From Callorhinchus milii (lineage: Eukaryota), in NCBI RefSeq assembly GCF_018977255.1, contig NW_024704743.1:22818001-22882000 (forward strand): 64,000 nt of DNA, in the 5' to 3' direction. Below the pieces are notes generated by a model, which was not told the DNA's origin, made no database searches, and saw only the letters and a list, made by a program, of their open reading frames with translations. This document shows, piece after piece, positions 49,624 through 61,235 of the stretch (position 1 is the stretch's first letter; each line of letters begins with the position of its first letter). The translations under genes were made by a program, and so were the position numbers.

Positions 49624-49864
49624 AGACAGGTGAGGATGCCAGTAGCACAATATCACTGCAAACAGAAGCATCACAATCCTGCCAGCGAGGCCTGGAACAG
49701 ATACACCAAATCCTTCCTCCTCAATGCCATCCAACACATCGTTGATGAATGCATCAAATTAGGGTGGGTGACAATGGGGAGCCTTGCCTTACCCCCTTTT
49801 CAAGAGGGATGGGCTCAGTTAGTCCACCATCGACCTTTACACGGATCTTGGAGGTTGAATACAA
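49624..49864 (-). mobile_element. Frameshifted reverse-transcriptase remnant of a non-CR1/non-L2 LINE (RTE/RTEX-like)
   Basis: Manual translation: LYSTSKIRVKVDGGLTEPIPLEKGVRQGSPLSPTL(+1)FDAFINDVLDGIEEEGFGVSVPGLAGRIVMLLFA(-1)DIVLLASSP. It contains the GVRQG.PLSP.LF motif and a broken LLFADD motif. Confidence 0.88.
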
Positions 49865-49869
49865 ATACA

Positions 49870-50157
49870 ACAATTGGAATGGATTACCAAGAGGGACGGT
49901 TGAAGCCAGGACATTTATTTAAGAGGTCATAGGTTTGGAGTTTAAAGGGCAATTTCAGATATCAGGAAGGTTATCTTTACTCAGAGGGTAATTAATAACT
50001 GGAACAGTTTGTCAGGAAGGGTGATAAAGGCCAGGACACTGGACTGATTTAAAAGCAGCTTGATGCAGTAATGGGGGATGGTTGGGTGGGTGTTCTGGAG
50101 GGATGAGATCAGATGGGCTGAAGGGCCTTCTTCATCTCAATCAATCTTACAATCTTA
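49870..50157 (+). mobile_element. Old CR1 3' end
   Basis: tttactcagagggtaattaataactggaacag...gatgagatcagatgggctgaagggccttcttcatc. The same tail occurs at 20820-20880. Confidence 0.8.
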
Positions 50158-50594
50158 AGAAACAGCACTTATTTTTTAAAGAAACAGCTTGATCTGTGAT
50201 GAAATGGTAGAATGGGTATTCTGGATCGATGATATTAAATGAAGGGCCTTGTCCATATGATCTTTCACATGATCTCGTGGACACAAGGCAGGTTGCTCAC
50301 TCCATGGCTTCTGCTCTAACTGCTGTCAATTTCTCTCCCTCTGAATGCCTTTTCCTCCTTGCTCGTTTGCTTTTCTTGACAGTTGAGCTCACTGATTTGT
50401 ACTTTGAGAGAAGAGAAAGCAAAATTCCTGCATAAGATACATGTGGAGATAAATGCTTTTTTTAAAAAAAAATCCATGGGAACGGATCCCTTTCTAAACG
50501 AAAGCTTCTCTAGCTGTGACCTACATTGCAGTTCTTATCTGACTTCCATAAATTCATATTCTGTGCAGGGCTGTACATAGCCTTAGCTGAAAAC

Positions 50595-50738
50595 TGGGAC
50601 ACCGCTGTGCGCAATTGGCTGCCGTGTTTCATCCACAAAATATACAGTCAATTCACTTTATAGTACATTCTATGAAGCACTTTGAGATGTCTTGAAGATG
50701 TGATAAGGCGCCATATCAAATGCAAGGATTTTTATTAT
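50595..50738 (+). mobile_element. SINE 3' half
   Basis: tgggacaccgctgtgcgcaattggctgccg...aaatgcaaggatttttatt. Confidence 0.88.
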
Positions 50739-51629
50739 AAAACTAAACTTCCTGCTAGTTTTTACATAGGACATTTCAGTCCTGTTGGTTGTCAGTGCAG
50801 TCACGACTTGATAACATTGTGCCAAAAGACAGGATATAATTCTATCGAAAGCAATGTGCGATCTTATCAATTTTGGCTCAATATGGTGCTATGCTTCCAC
50901 TGCTACGGGATCGGTGACCACACTGATCTTTCTACATGCTGATTTATTTCAAAGGGTCTTAGTTCATACTTGTTTAACCAGAAGCTACTTAACCTACACA
51001 GGCAGATACATGCTGAGAACTGAGATCTGCTTGACTGAAATTCTATTTTATTCCTTTTTGTAATGGATCTTTCCTGATTAGACAGGTATGGAGGGTGTGG
51101 GTGGGAGACGGAGAGAGGAGTAAAAAGTGAACTCTACATAGTTTAAGAGTTCTGCTCAAGAAACAATGTACATAATTCATGGTGTGTTGGGGGTGTGTGG
51201 GAGTGAGCATAGAGATTGGCTGTTGGGCTTTTACTCCTGTATGGACTGGTATAACTGGACTTTTGATTGTTTATGAAAGAAATTGATATATCACTTAGTC
51301 AAGACAGCAGTGGATTTTCAACACTAAAATCCGTTTCTTTCAGGTAAATGACCCTGTCAACCTCACCTCAGTGATAGGGGTGAGGCACGATACCAACAAC
51401 TTCTATATGCAATTAAATACCTTCAAAGGATTTTACATGCAGAGATGGAGTGAAACTAAGGCAATATGGAAATCTAAGCATTATTGAAGGGGGAAAGGGG
51501 CTTCCATGCCCGAAAAGGGCATGGATTCTGCTGGAGTGCAGCTGCTGTCCTGTGGCTGCCTTGTCCTCCTGCCGAGCTCTGATCTCTGATCACTGATCTC
51601 TATGTATTGAATCCCCTCGGGAAAGTGTT

Positions 51630-51780
51630 TCAGCCTGGTTTAGTTGGTAGCACAGAAGGTTTGTGTGTTCAAGCCCCACGCCAGGAGTTTGAAATCACAC
51701 AATCTAGGCTAACAATCCAGTGGGGGAGTGCTGCCCTTATCGGAGGACTGTCTTTTGGATGTGATGGTAAATTAAGATCC
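51630..51780 (+). mobile_element. SacSINE1-like 5' fragment
   Basis: tcagcctggtttagttggtagcacagaagg...gttcaagccccac...caatctaggct. Confidence 0.7.
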
Positions 51781-52107
51781 CTAACTAATGCTGGATTACA
51801 ACCCACCCTTGTGCTAGTTGTTAAGTGAAATTTTCCATCTATGATGAAAGTGATTGAGTGGGTAGGTGGCTCAGATCTCCTGAGAGTAATTATACCCATT
51901 GTATTTGCATGCAGTAGTGTTGCATTGAGAACCAGAAAGCAAAATGAGGGTTGCAGAAAGGATTGTTCCATATAGAGCTGTAGGATAGTACTGGCTTGGG
52001 AGGGTAAAATGGTGGATGGATGCCTCAGGGATGAGCTAAAGGAAGACCAGGAATAACAAGAGCAGTCTTAGGCAAGCCCAGTGGCACCAATTGGGATTCC
52101 ACAAGGA

Positions 52108-52235
52108 TAATAATAATAATAATAATCATAATAATAATCCTTGCATTTGATATAACGCCCTATCACGTCTTTGAGACGTCTCAAAGTGCTTCACAGAATA
52201 TACTGTAAAGTGAATTGACTGTATATTTTGTGGGG
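52108..52235 (-). mobile_element. SINE 3' end with a long (TAA)n tail
   Basis: (taa)n ccttgcatttgatata...cacgtctttgagacgtctcaaagtgcttcacagaatatactg. Confidence 0.9.
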
Positions 52236-53264
52236 GAATCGATGTGTTGAAAAGGATGGATGTGTTGGACACTACTGATCTGGTGAATTCAGGATCAGAT
52301 GCTTTTCCAGCTTCCATTATTATTTCCCGACTTCCCTGCCTGAACTTCTTGGTCTGAATCCAAAGCCTGGTCGGGTGTGCAGTTTGCATAACAGTACTCT
52401 GCTGCTGGGAATCAGATCTAAACAATTTTGATCTCCAGAGTATTGCTTCATTTTCCTGCTGTTGTTTTTCTCTCTCCCTCTGTGACTCCATCCGTTCTGT
52501 CCCTTGGTGTCTCTTACAAATTCACTTTGGTTTACCACTAATCTCTTCAGAACAATTAATAAAACCCATGGCTCACTCTTGCCCTTTGTAGCATTTATCT
52601 TAAAATTCTTAGCATTGGTAGATCCTCTTTTCACACTTCAGAGTGAAATTTGCCTCCGTTTCATAACGTTCCTTGTGTTATCAAATTTGTTGCAGATTTA
52701 ACCCTTTATTCCCAAAAGGACGGTGACTGAATTTGTGGTGCTCCAGTTTAGTTTCGTGGAAAGGATAATTCGTAATGATTTTTCCAGAAAGTGATCCTGA
52801 AAACCTTACAGCGTTGTTTAAATGTTTACATGAAAAAGGGCTTGGCAAATCTCTCTTTGTTTTAACCCCCTAGGAAGCAGTTTAAAAGTGATATAGCCAT
52901 ATTGCAGATCTTTTCTTTGCCTCACCCATAGGAAAACAGGAACAGGAGGAGGCCACTCAGCCCAATGACCATGTTCCATCGGTTTATCAGACCTAAGCAG
53001 CTCTTTTTTATCCAGGGTCCCACCATTTTACCATACCCCTTAATAGTTCTACTGCCCACGTGTCTGATCTTTTTTTAAAATATACCCTTTGATTCCACCT
53101 CTACAGTTTTCTGGGGCAGAGTATTCTACATCTTCACAACAGTAATCCATATAATAATCTTTATATTTGAAACAGGGCCTTTGACGCTGGGAGGATGTAG
53201 ACATTATTAAACCATAGAAATTTACAGCACAGAACAAGACCATTCGGCCCTTCGTGTCACTTAA

Positions 53265-53860
53265 ATAAAATTGGTCATTCTCTTCAGGGCTGTGACATTG
53301 CTGTGCGCAAATTGACTGCTGCGTTCGCCCACAACAGTCAATTCACTTTACAGTATATTCTGTGAAGCGCTTTGGGACGTCCTCCCGACGTAAAAAGCGC
53401 TATATCAAATGCAAGGATTATTATTATTATTATTATAAATGACCAATTTTGTTTGTGCGAAGAAACGCTTCCTGATTAATTGTAATTAATTAACTTTTAG
53501 CAAATAACCTTTGAGGTGGCTCTTTATCAAGTGCTTTCTGAAAATCTATATTTTCAATCCCCATCAATCCCCATTTACCTATTAAATCTTTATAGGAACA
53601 TAAGTAAACCATTCAGACAATCCAATAGCTCCTTTAAACTTTTCCTCAATTTCCGTTTCATCTTTAACTTAAATGATTATTATAAAAATAATCCTTGCAC
53701 TTGATCTAGTGCCTTTCATATCAGGAGGACACCTCAAAGCTCTTCACTGAATTTACTGTAAAGTGCAGTGACTGTGTATTTTGTAAGCAAATGCAGCAAC
53801 CAATTTATTCATAGTAATGTCCCACAAACAACCACTGAGTGAATGACCAATTTTATCTGG
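53265..53860. mobile_element. Two SINE 3' halves (53265-53436 +, 53685-53860 -)
   Basis: gctgtgcgcaaattg...gggacgtcctcccgacgtaaaaagcgctatatcaaatgcaagga(tta)n, then a reverse copy starting aatccttgcac. Confidence 0.85.
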
Positions 53861-54974
53861 GTTTCCCACCCCCAGCTCTCTTTGTCCATCTAATCTTAAA
53901 TCTGCTTTGGCAAATGGGCGAGTTTTGTTTTAATTCAACTTCTTGCTGCAAATTATCTTTCACAGTTTAATTTAGCATTTCCTTCATTCTTTGTGACGCA
54001 CATTCGCTCTTTATTTGTGTGGATCAGCTATGCAGTTTTCTGCTTGAAACCGTCTCCTGTGACTGCGGTTATGTTGCCAGTGGTCAATACACAAAACACG
54101 TTTCCTGTAGTGCAAGGCGGCCGCACTTGCTGAGATGGGACCTGGCCAATTTCAGGCAAAAATGGTAAGCTCCCAGCCATATCTACCATTGTGGTTCCTA
54201 AGGGACTGTTTAATTTGTTTACATACACAATGTTAAAACTGCAGCAATCGCAAAGCGGAATTCATTACGCTAAATATAACTTGTTGACCACAATCGCAGC
54301 CGGCTATTTGTTCTCGAGAACGTTTCTCACAAAGGCCAGAAACAAATCTGACAGAAGGTCAAAGAGCAAAATGTCAGGCTACAAAATGGCCTTTGATTGA
54401 AAATGTTTTCACTTCTTTTTAAAGTGAAGTTGGGAGTGAGAGAGTTCTGCAATTCCAGGCGCGAACTGGATTTCGCTATTAATGCCGCGACATCAGGTCT
54501 GCGAAAAACGGATTAGAAACTCCAATGGGAGGTTATCAAATGTGTCAAATGTATGGTCACAGTCTCTCCTGTACCTATTATATTCACATACTGAAAAGAC
54601 TGTTGTTCATAGTGAGTGATGTGCGATCGACCCCATCACATCACTTGCAAGAGAGGCATCGCAAAGAACACACCCCATGGCTAGTCTGGATTGCCTCTCA
54701 AACCTAAACTCAAACCCAAACCTCTCGTGGTGAGGTGGCTCCCCTCAAAGCTGCAATTTTTCATGTGGGAATGATGGCTGGCTGGCACTGAGCTACAAGG
54801 CAATCATTCAACAGGTCAGTTCTGATGGCTTTGTAAATTGGAACATTTGTAAATCTCAAACGATTTGTGGAAGCCAGAAGTTACCAGGAATAAATTATTG
54901 GCTTAGATTTATTGCCAGACATTTGTTATTATCTGTTTTCTAAAGTCCAATGCTTATTTAAACATCCGAATGTT

Positions 54975-55300
54975 TGATACTTGGTCAGTGCTGAGTTAGC
55001 TAATCTCAGCCGGGGCAATAGTGGGAATGTTACACTGGTCCCACTGTGACTAGAAAGAGAAAATGAGCCAGGATTTCTGCTCTAATGATTACTCAGTGAA
55101 TCCTGCTGGAAGTGTATGTGTGCAGACATCAGTACTGCACAAGATTGGATCAAACGTGGCTGTGATATCTCCCACAGCTGAATAGCCTTTTCCACACTCA
55201 TCTTGACTCACACATGAAGAACGGCCACTTGTAGCTGCTGCCTATGGAAAGATGTTTAAGCATCACACACTGTCTTTGGGAGTGGAAGGGAGAAAAAGGA
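54975..55300 (+). mobile_element. Ancient SINE-like repeat (family Y), best-preserved copy
   Basis: ggtcagtgctgagttagctaatctcagcc...cctgctggaagtg...gaatagcc...ctcacacatgaagaacggccacttg. Reverse-strand pieces occur at 16540-16865, 24135-24250, 35480-35595 and 57005-57040. Confidence 0.6.
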
Positions 55301-56389
55301 AAGCTGTAAAAAGCAGGATAACGGAATATAATACATTAGCTTTATCATGTATTATGAGCAGGTTGAATAAATAGATGCACTGGGGTCTAGATTAGCTATT
55401 AGGTAAAATTTGCAACATCATTCCTTAACCTATTCCGCATGTTAAGTAACGTAATACTGGTAACACGCTGAAGAATGCTGTTATTTCTTTCTTTACTCAC
55501 TCTCTGTACTTGGGGCTGCTCTCACACACTCTGATCAGTTGACGCCTCAATTAAAAGACTGCAGGAAACAAACTCAACATATTTTATTTCAGAGGTTTTT
55601 TCTTAGATATGTTAAAGTTACAAACAGGAAACCTTTGACACTTTGCTTCAGTCATTCACAGGCTTATTCAGTATTTTTGTAAGCTCAAATCTGTGAGTAG
55701 GAGTGAGTTCTGAGACACTTTCCCAGACTGACAGGTGACGTTCATAATATTGCCTAAAGCCGGCCTGTGCCTTGCCCATCATCACTGCCATGTGAGAGAT
55801 ACTTTTATCTCTGCAGCATGCTTTGCCTTAGTTTTTCTGTCCAGTTTGTGTTCTCTTGCACAATGCCACCTTTTCTCTGCACCTAATACCTTAATAATTG
55901 GCTTGGTTTCTAGTTGGGATGGAGGGGGTTGGCACACACTGCGCTAGGAGGCTGCCTGGTTTATTTTCTTTGGAAGCCGGATGCTGTGCTCCCTAGCACT
56001 GGGCACGTCCTATCAAACCCTTCAGCTGAGGTGCAGTGAAACTCAATAGGCAATGGCCGGAATAGTACTGGGATTTAAACCATGTAATCACAAGGGGTGT
56101 GGGTTGTTGTGTGCACGGTGGGGGGGGTGGGGGGGAGAGGAGGAGGTAAATCAATCAAGTAACTTCTTAGCTGTTACCATCTTGGACGGACCAGTTTTTT
56201 TTAAAAGCACAAAGCGTTAATTCTGCTCCACAGCAGCAATAACAAAACAACCTTGTTTGAGGGATGTGAAATTTGGACGCAGCTGCTAAGCAGTGGTAAT
56301 AAATACTGTGAAGCATTTCTAGGCCACTCTTATATTTTTGTTAACCCAGGGCTGGCAGTCATGCTAACTCTTGCGGTGCCATTTCATAC

Positions 56390-56560
56390 TTGTAGGAACA
56401 TGCTTTCCAGCTCTCCTCCGCTGAGGCAACAAGTGTATCTTTGTTTCTCTCTGCCAAGACAATCAGACTGTGTTTAGCTGTGACCACTGGCAGAAGCTCT
56501 GCTTATACCAGGAGTGAGATGCCAGGTCGCGGTGCCAGAGTGTCACTGACTCCATTGGAT
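56390..56560 (-). promoter_or_regulatory. Candidate Pol II promoter and first exon
   Basis: On the minus strand: CCAAT (56558-56554), TATAA (56507-56503), ATG at 56401-56399 with A at -3, and donor caa|gtatga after 56390. Confidence 0.22.
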
Positions 56561-57067
56561 CGGCTGTGCTGGGAGCTCTGCATTTCACTCTCAGCACACT
56601 GGCCCTTTTCTCCTCTTTCCACTGCAACTACCAACCAAGTGTGGTCTTGTTCAAGACACTAACGTTCACAGTCCCATCTCCCTTAACTGCCTCTTCTTAC
56701 TGGAAAGCAGAAGCCTTTGCTGAATATTGAAGGAGGAGAGTAGCTGACACAGCGAGGCCTTGTGATTTGCAAAGTGTTTACTTTGGCTGAATGTTACTGG
56801 GCAGCCTCCCGGGTACAGGATTGATGGTTTCCAACACCCTCTTATATAATCAGTGAATTCCAGAAAACATTGGGTTTCTCCTCTATGATTGTCAGGCAAA
56901 AATGAACTAAGTACTGAGGTGTAAAACACTGGAAACATCTCCTCCTCTCTCAGGGAACCATTTTCAAGTTGATGTTTCCTTTCTAAATCCTCGTCTGTTT
57001 TCTCCCATCCCTTGCTCTCCTGAAGGCATTGACTCCTTATGCAGAGATGTTCCTGCAAGCACAGAAC

Positions 57068-57352
57068 AACAACAATAAATTATGGCGTGGCTGAATGCTT
57101 GCCTGCCAATGGTGGGGCGGGCAAGTCAAGGGGGATGTGAAGCAGGCCGGAGCCCACTGAGCGGAGGGAGGGGACAGGTTGGTATGGGGTTAAGATGGCG
57201 CAGAAGTAGGGGAGCAAGGTCATGGAGGGCTTTGAAGGATCTCGAACTGTATCCTCTGAGTCATGGGGAGCCGGTGGAGTGGGGCGATGATGGGGGTGAT
57301 GTGGTCGCGGAGCCTGGTGCAGGAGAGGACACGGGCTACAGAGTTCTGGATT
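57068..57352 (-). mobile_element. L2 ORF2 C-terminal fragment
   Basis: ORF 57220-57417 reads IQNSVARVLSCTRLRDHITPIIAPLHRLPMTQRIQFEIL. Confidence 0.88.
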
Positions 57353-57679
57353 ACAGAAACAACAATAATAAATAATAATAATCCTTGATATAGCACCTTA
57401 TCACGTCGTTGAGACAATCTCTAACAATAAGGTCTTAGGAAATGTGCCCTACACATGCACCTCACTATTGGGGAGCCCCACAACACAGTCAGGGTTGCGA
57501 GCTCATATGCAACTGGTAACTAAGCACATAGCTGGTCTTAATATAAAGCAGAATTATAAAAATAAGTATAAGCATATAAACGTTTTTGCCAGAAATAAAA
57601 CATATCAATAGAATCATCTGGCTTCATTTGTACCTTGCCCCAAATGGTTTGCGGATACTGTGCTAACCTACTGTACACT

Positions 57680-58086
57680 GTGCCAGCCCGGCTCGGTTGA
57701 CATCTCTCACCTCTGAGTCAGAAGTTTGGTTGTACAAGTCCCACGTCGGGACTTTGATCTCGCAGTCTAAGCTGATGCTTTACTGCAATGCTGAGGGAGC
57801 ACTGCATTGTTGGAGGTGTGTGTCCTTCGGATGAGATGTTAAACCAAGATCTGGTCAACTTGTCTAGGGAGGACATTAGAGATCCCAGGGCACGATTTTG
57901 GAAAAAAAAGGGCAGTTTTCCCTTCTATCCTGGTTAAAAATCCCCCAGATAAAATTTCATGGCCATTTGTGAGATGTTTTTGTATGCAGATTGTCTGTAG
58001 GGTATGCCTCCACTTTGCAGTATTTCCTGTGAAGCATTTTGGGACATCATAACAGCATGATAAGGCTCTATATCAAATGCAAGGAA
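57680..58086 (+). mobile_element. Near full-length SacSINE1-like Deu-SINE
   Basis: gccagcccggctcggttg...ctctgagtcagaag...tgagggagcactgcattgttggagg...ccttcggatgagatgttaaacc...aaatgcaagg. Confidence 0.88.
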
Positions 58087-59170
58087 TATTTCAGATATCT
58101 ATGAAGGGAGTTCTGGTGGGTAACAAAGTTATGTAAAGAGCAACAAATGACAGATTGACGGAGAAAGAAAGAGAAAGCCAGCTAGGCTTCATGTTGGCAA
58201 GATGGACGTGAATGGTATAAAGAGTTAGAAATGGAAGAAAGGTACAATAGAAGACAGCCAGGGAACAAGAGAAGAAAAGCGACAGAAAGAAAAGCAGAAA
58301 GTAGAAGCAATGGACTGGAAAATGAGTAATAACACGATAGTGAATAGCAAGAGGCCAACATTCCTATTATCAATCAAAGGGGCAAGAAAAACACATGAAA
58401 TAACATAATGAAATTACACCTAACGTTACTAAGTATTCCTGAATGCACTATTATTAAGATTAAAACACCATGACAATCCAACTGAGTGATCTGAATGTGA
58501 AAAGTCCATCATTCCAGCTGTGGATTGCTACATTCCTGTAGCCAGTGGCTCAATGCCATTATTACAGTTGCCGATTTTGGAAAACAAAAGGTTTGACAAT
58601 AATCTAAACCTTTTGATGCTTTTATTGTTAAGGTTTATTTAGTACAAAAATGTATGATTAAATCAAAATCCATTCTTTGCCTAAAACATGTCTGTAAAAT
58701 GGTCTTAACATAAAAAGGATCCATGTACTTTAGGTACATTACTCGTATCAACTCTTGCTCTTTTATTTCAAAAGCATTAACACGGCGTAGAGTATTTAGG
58801 ACTTCACATGAGTTTTGGAACAACAGAGAAACATCTGCTAAAGTAATAGCTTTACCTTTGTTTCAAATTTAAGTGCTCTGAGTGTAACCAGCATCCTTTA
58901 TTTGAAATGCAATATGAATCTGAGAATGGAATGATCTCTCTAAGGAAGCGCTGTGTATGGTAGTGATATACCACACCATATTCTTTTCAAATGCATTTAA
59001 CACTTCTTCTGCACTTTATTCACCCGGAGTTTCCCAATTCTTCATTTGAAGTAACTGCAACTACAATACCATGTAGCTGGGAAACACCATGCTTTAATAT
59101 TTCAGCTTACTCCCCAAATGCCCCCTCTCTCCCCACTTTCAAATCCCGTCTAACGACCTTCCTTTTTGAT

Positions 59171-59547
59171 CTCAGCGTTTAGAGTGTTTACAGTGTTTGT
59201 CTCACAAACAAGAGACCTGGGTTCAATTCCTCTCAGGGCAAAATGCTGGGCAAGTTTCCTTACTCCACTCGCCTCTGTTTACCTTGCAGAAAGTAGGAAC
59301 CTGGTTGTTAGTAGATTGATGGATCACTTTTCCAGAGGTAATCATTCCTTAAAAGAAATAATAATAATAATAAATTGGTCACTTCAATCCACGACTGTTT
59401 GTGGGACACTGCTGTTCGCAATTGGCTGCTGCGTTTCACCCACAAAACATACAGTCAATTCACTTTACAGTATATTCTGTGAAGCGCTTTGAGATGTCTA
59501 GAAGACGTGATAAAGCGCTATGTCAAATGCAAGGATTATTATTATTA
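59171..59547 (+). mobile_element. tRNA-derived SINE, long variant
   Basis: gagacctgggttcaattcc...tgggcaagtttccttactccac...aaatgcaaggattattattatt. Confidence 0.92.
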
Positions 59548-60048
59548 AGGAACACTGCAAGAGACGGTGTGGGGGCTGGAGGAGAAGCCGTTTGCTGTGA
59601 CAAAGTGGAGGCGGTCTGAAAGGTAGGACCTGAAGCAGTCAAGGACAGAACGTTGGAGGTTGAGATGGGAGGAGAGGCAGTGGAAGAGGATTGAGTGGTC
59701 CACGGTGTCAAAGGTAGTGGAGAGGTCGAGGAGGACGTGGAGGCAGAGGGAGCCCTGGTCACACATGGTCAGGATGTCGTTTGTGACCTTGACCAGAGCA
59801 GTTTCCGTGCTATGGGCAGCACAGAAACCCGATTGGAGGGGTTCATGGAGGGAGGGAGAGGAAAGAGTGAAGCTGGGAGGCAACGGCTCTCTCTAGGACC
59901 TTGGATAGGAAAGGGAGGATTGAGATGGGCTGGTAGCTAGATAGCTGTGATGGGTTAAGGGAAGGTTTCTTCAAGTGGAGGTGATAATGGCTGTTTTGAG
60001 GGGAGAAGGAACAGTGCCAGATGACAGGAAGAGGTTAATGATGCCATG
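59548..60048 (-). mobile_element. Internal L2 RT fragment
   Basis: ORF 59545-59883 reads PLQSGFCAAHSTETALVKVTNDIL...VLLDLSTTFDTVDHSIL...FRSYLSDR. Confidence 0.93.
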
Positions 60049-60379
60049 AGTGAAGGGTGCTATATAAATGCAAGTTGCTGTTGTAATGGCTCAGTGGATA
60101 AAAGCATTGCAAGGTGTAGCACTTAGCCTTCCATAGAGTTCAGAAGATTGGAGATCTTTGCTGTGCAACAATTGGGATCTATAATCCGTTGATTATCCTG
60201 GTCATTGCTTAAAATTAATTTTACACTTATGTAATAAATAGCTCCTCAAAATAAGACTCAGGATTTTAGATTTTTTAAAAACCTTTTGTTTTTCAAAATT
60301 ATCAACTGTAACAGTGCCCAAAGAACCTTATAAGAGACCAATCCTGATATATATTTAGTCATATGCTATGAATGATCAA

Positions 60380-60690
60380 CGTTGAGAGTTTAAACCGAGT
60401 CCTGTGCACCCATTCCAGTGGACGTTAAAGATTGGCGGGGCAGGCTCGAAGGGTCGAATGGCCTACTCCTGCTCCTACATGCTGTGTTATCCATGGGACT
60501 ATTTTGAAAGAGAAGGAGGTTTTTCCCAGTGTCCTAGACAACAATCCCCAGATAAAATTGGTCATTCACTTCACATCTGTTTGTGAGAAATTGCGCTCAA
60601 ATCATCTGCCCCATTCACCTACAAATACATCAGTACGTTTCTGGAATTCAAACTCTTTGAGATTTATATCATATGCAAGGATTATTGTTT
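60380..60690 (+). mobile_element. SacSINE1-like fragment containing a 56-bp CR1 tail insertion (60433-60488)
   Basis: The SINE sequence gttaaagat|...|atccatggg is split by tggcggggcaggctcgaagggtcgaatggcctactcctgctcct. Confidence 0.8.
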
Positions 60691-61019
60691 TCAGGAACCT
60701 ACTTTGTTGATTTCCTTTGAATCTTTAGAGGTTTACAGAGCAAAGTTCAAAGAAATGCATTTGGAGTGTGTCCCTGATGTATTGAACAGAGCTAGTAAGC
60801 ATTACAACAATTTACATTTATAGGCTTCACATCAAAGAAACATGTTAAAGTGCTTTACAGTCAAGCTTTAATTTGAACTAATAATAAGCCTTGCATTTCA
60901 TATACCCCCTTATCGTGTAATTGAAACAAAAATCTCAAAGTGCATTCCAGGATTTATTGTAAACAACAACAACTTACATTTATATAATTTATTTACATTT
61001 ATTCACTCAGGTAACATCT

Positions 61020-61235
61020 CTGAGTGCTTAACAGGAGTGGAGCTTGACGCTAAGGTAGGTAAGGTCGAAGAGGATGGTCTTCATGTGTTCTGAAGATTGG
61101 CAAGGAGGGAGCAAGGCTAAAGGGATTGAGGCAGGGAGTTCCAGAGTTTCAGAGAGTAGTGTTTGAAAGCATGGCTGCCGATAATGGCGTGTAAGGGGAC
61201 AAGGTACATACAGAAAGCCAGAGCCAGAGTTAAAC
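61020..61235 (-). mobile_element. Degenerate L2 3' fragment
   Basis: ggtcgaagaggatggtctt...gaggcagggagttccagag...cagaaagccagagccagag. Confidence 0.65.

Noticed and set aside
56495..56510. tataagcagagct resembles the CMV promoter TATA region (vector or viral origin)
   Set aside because: The match is only ~13 bp and there is no flanking viral or vector sequence.
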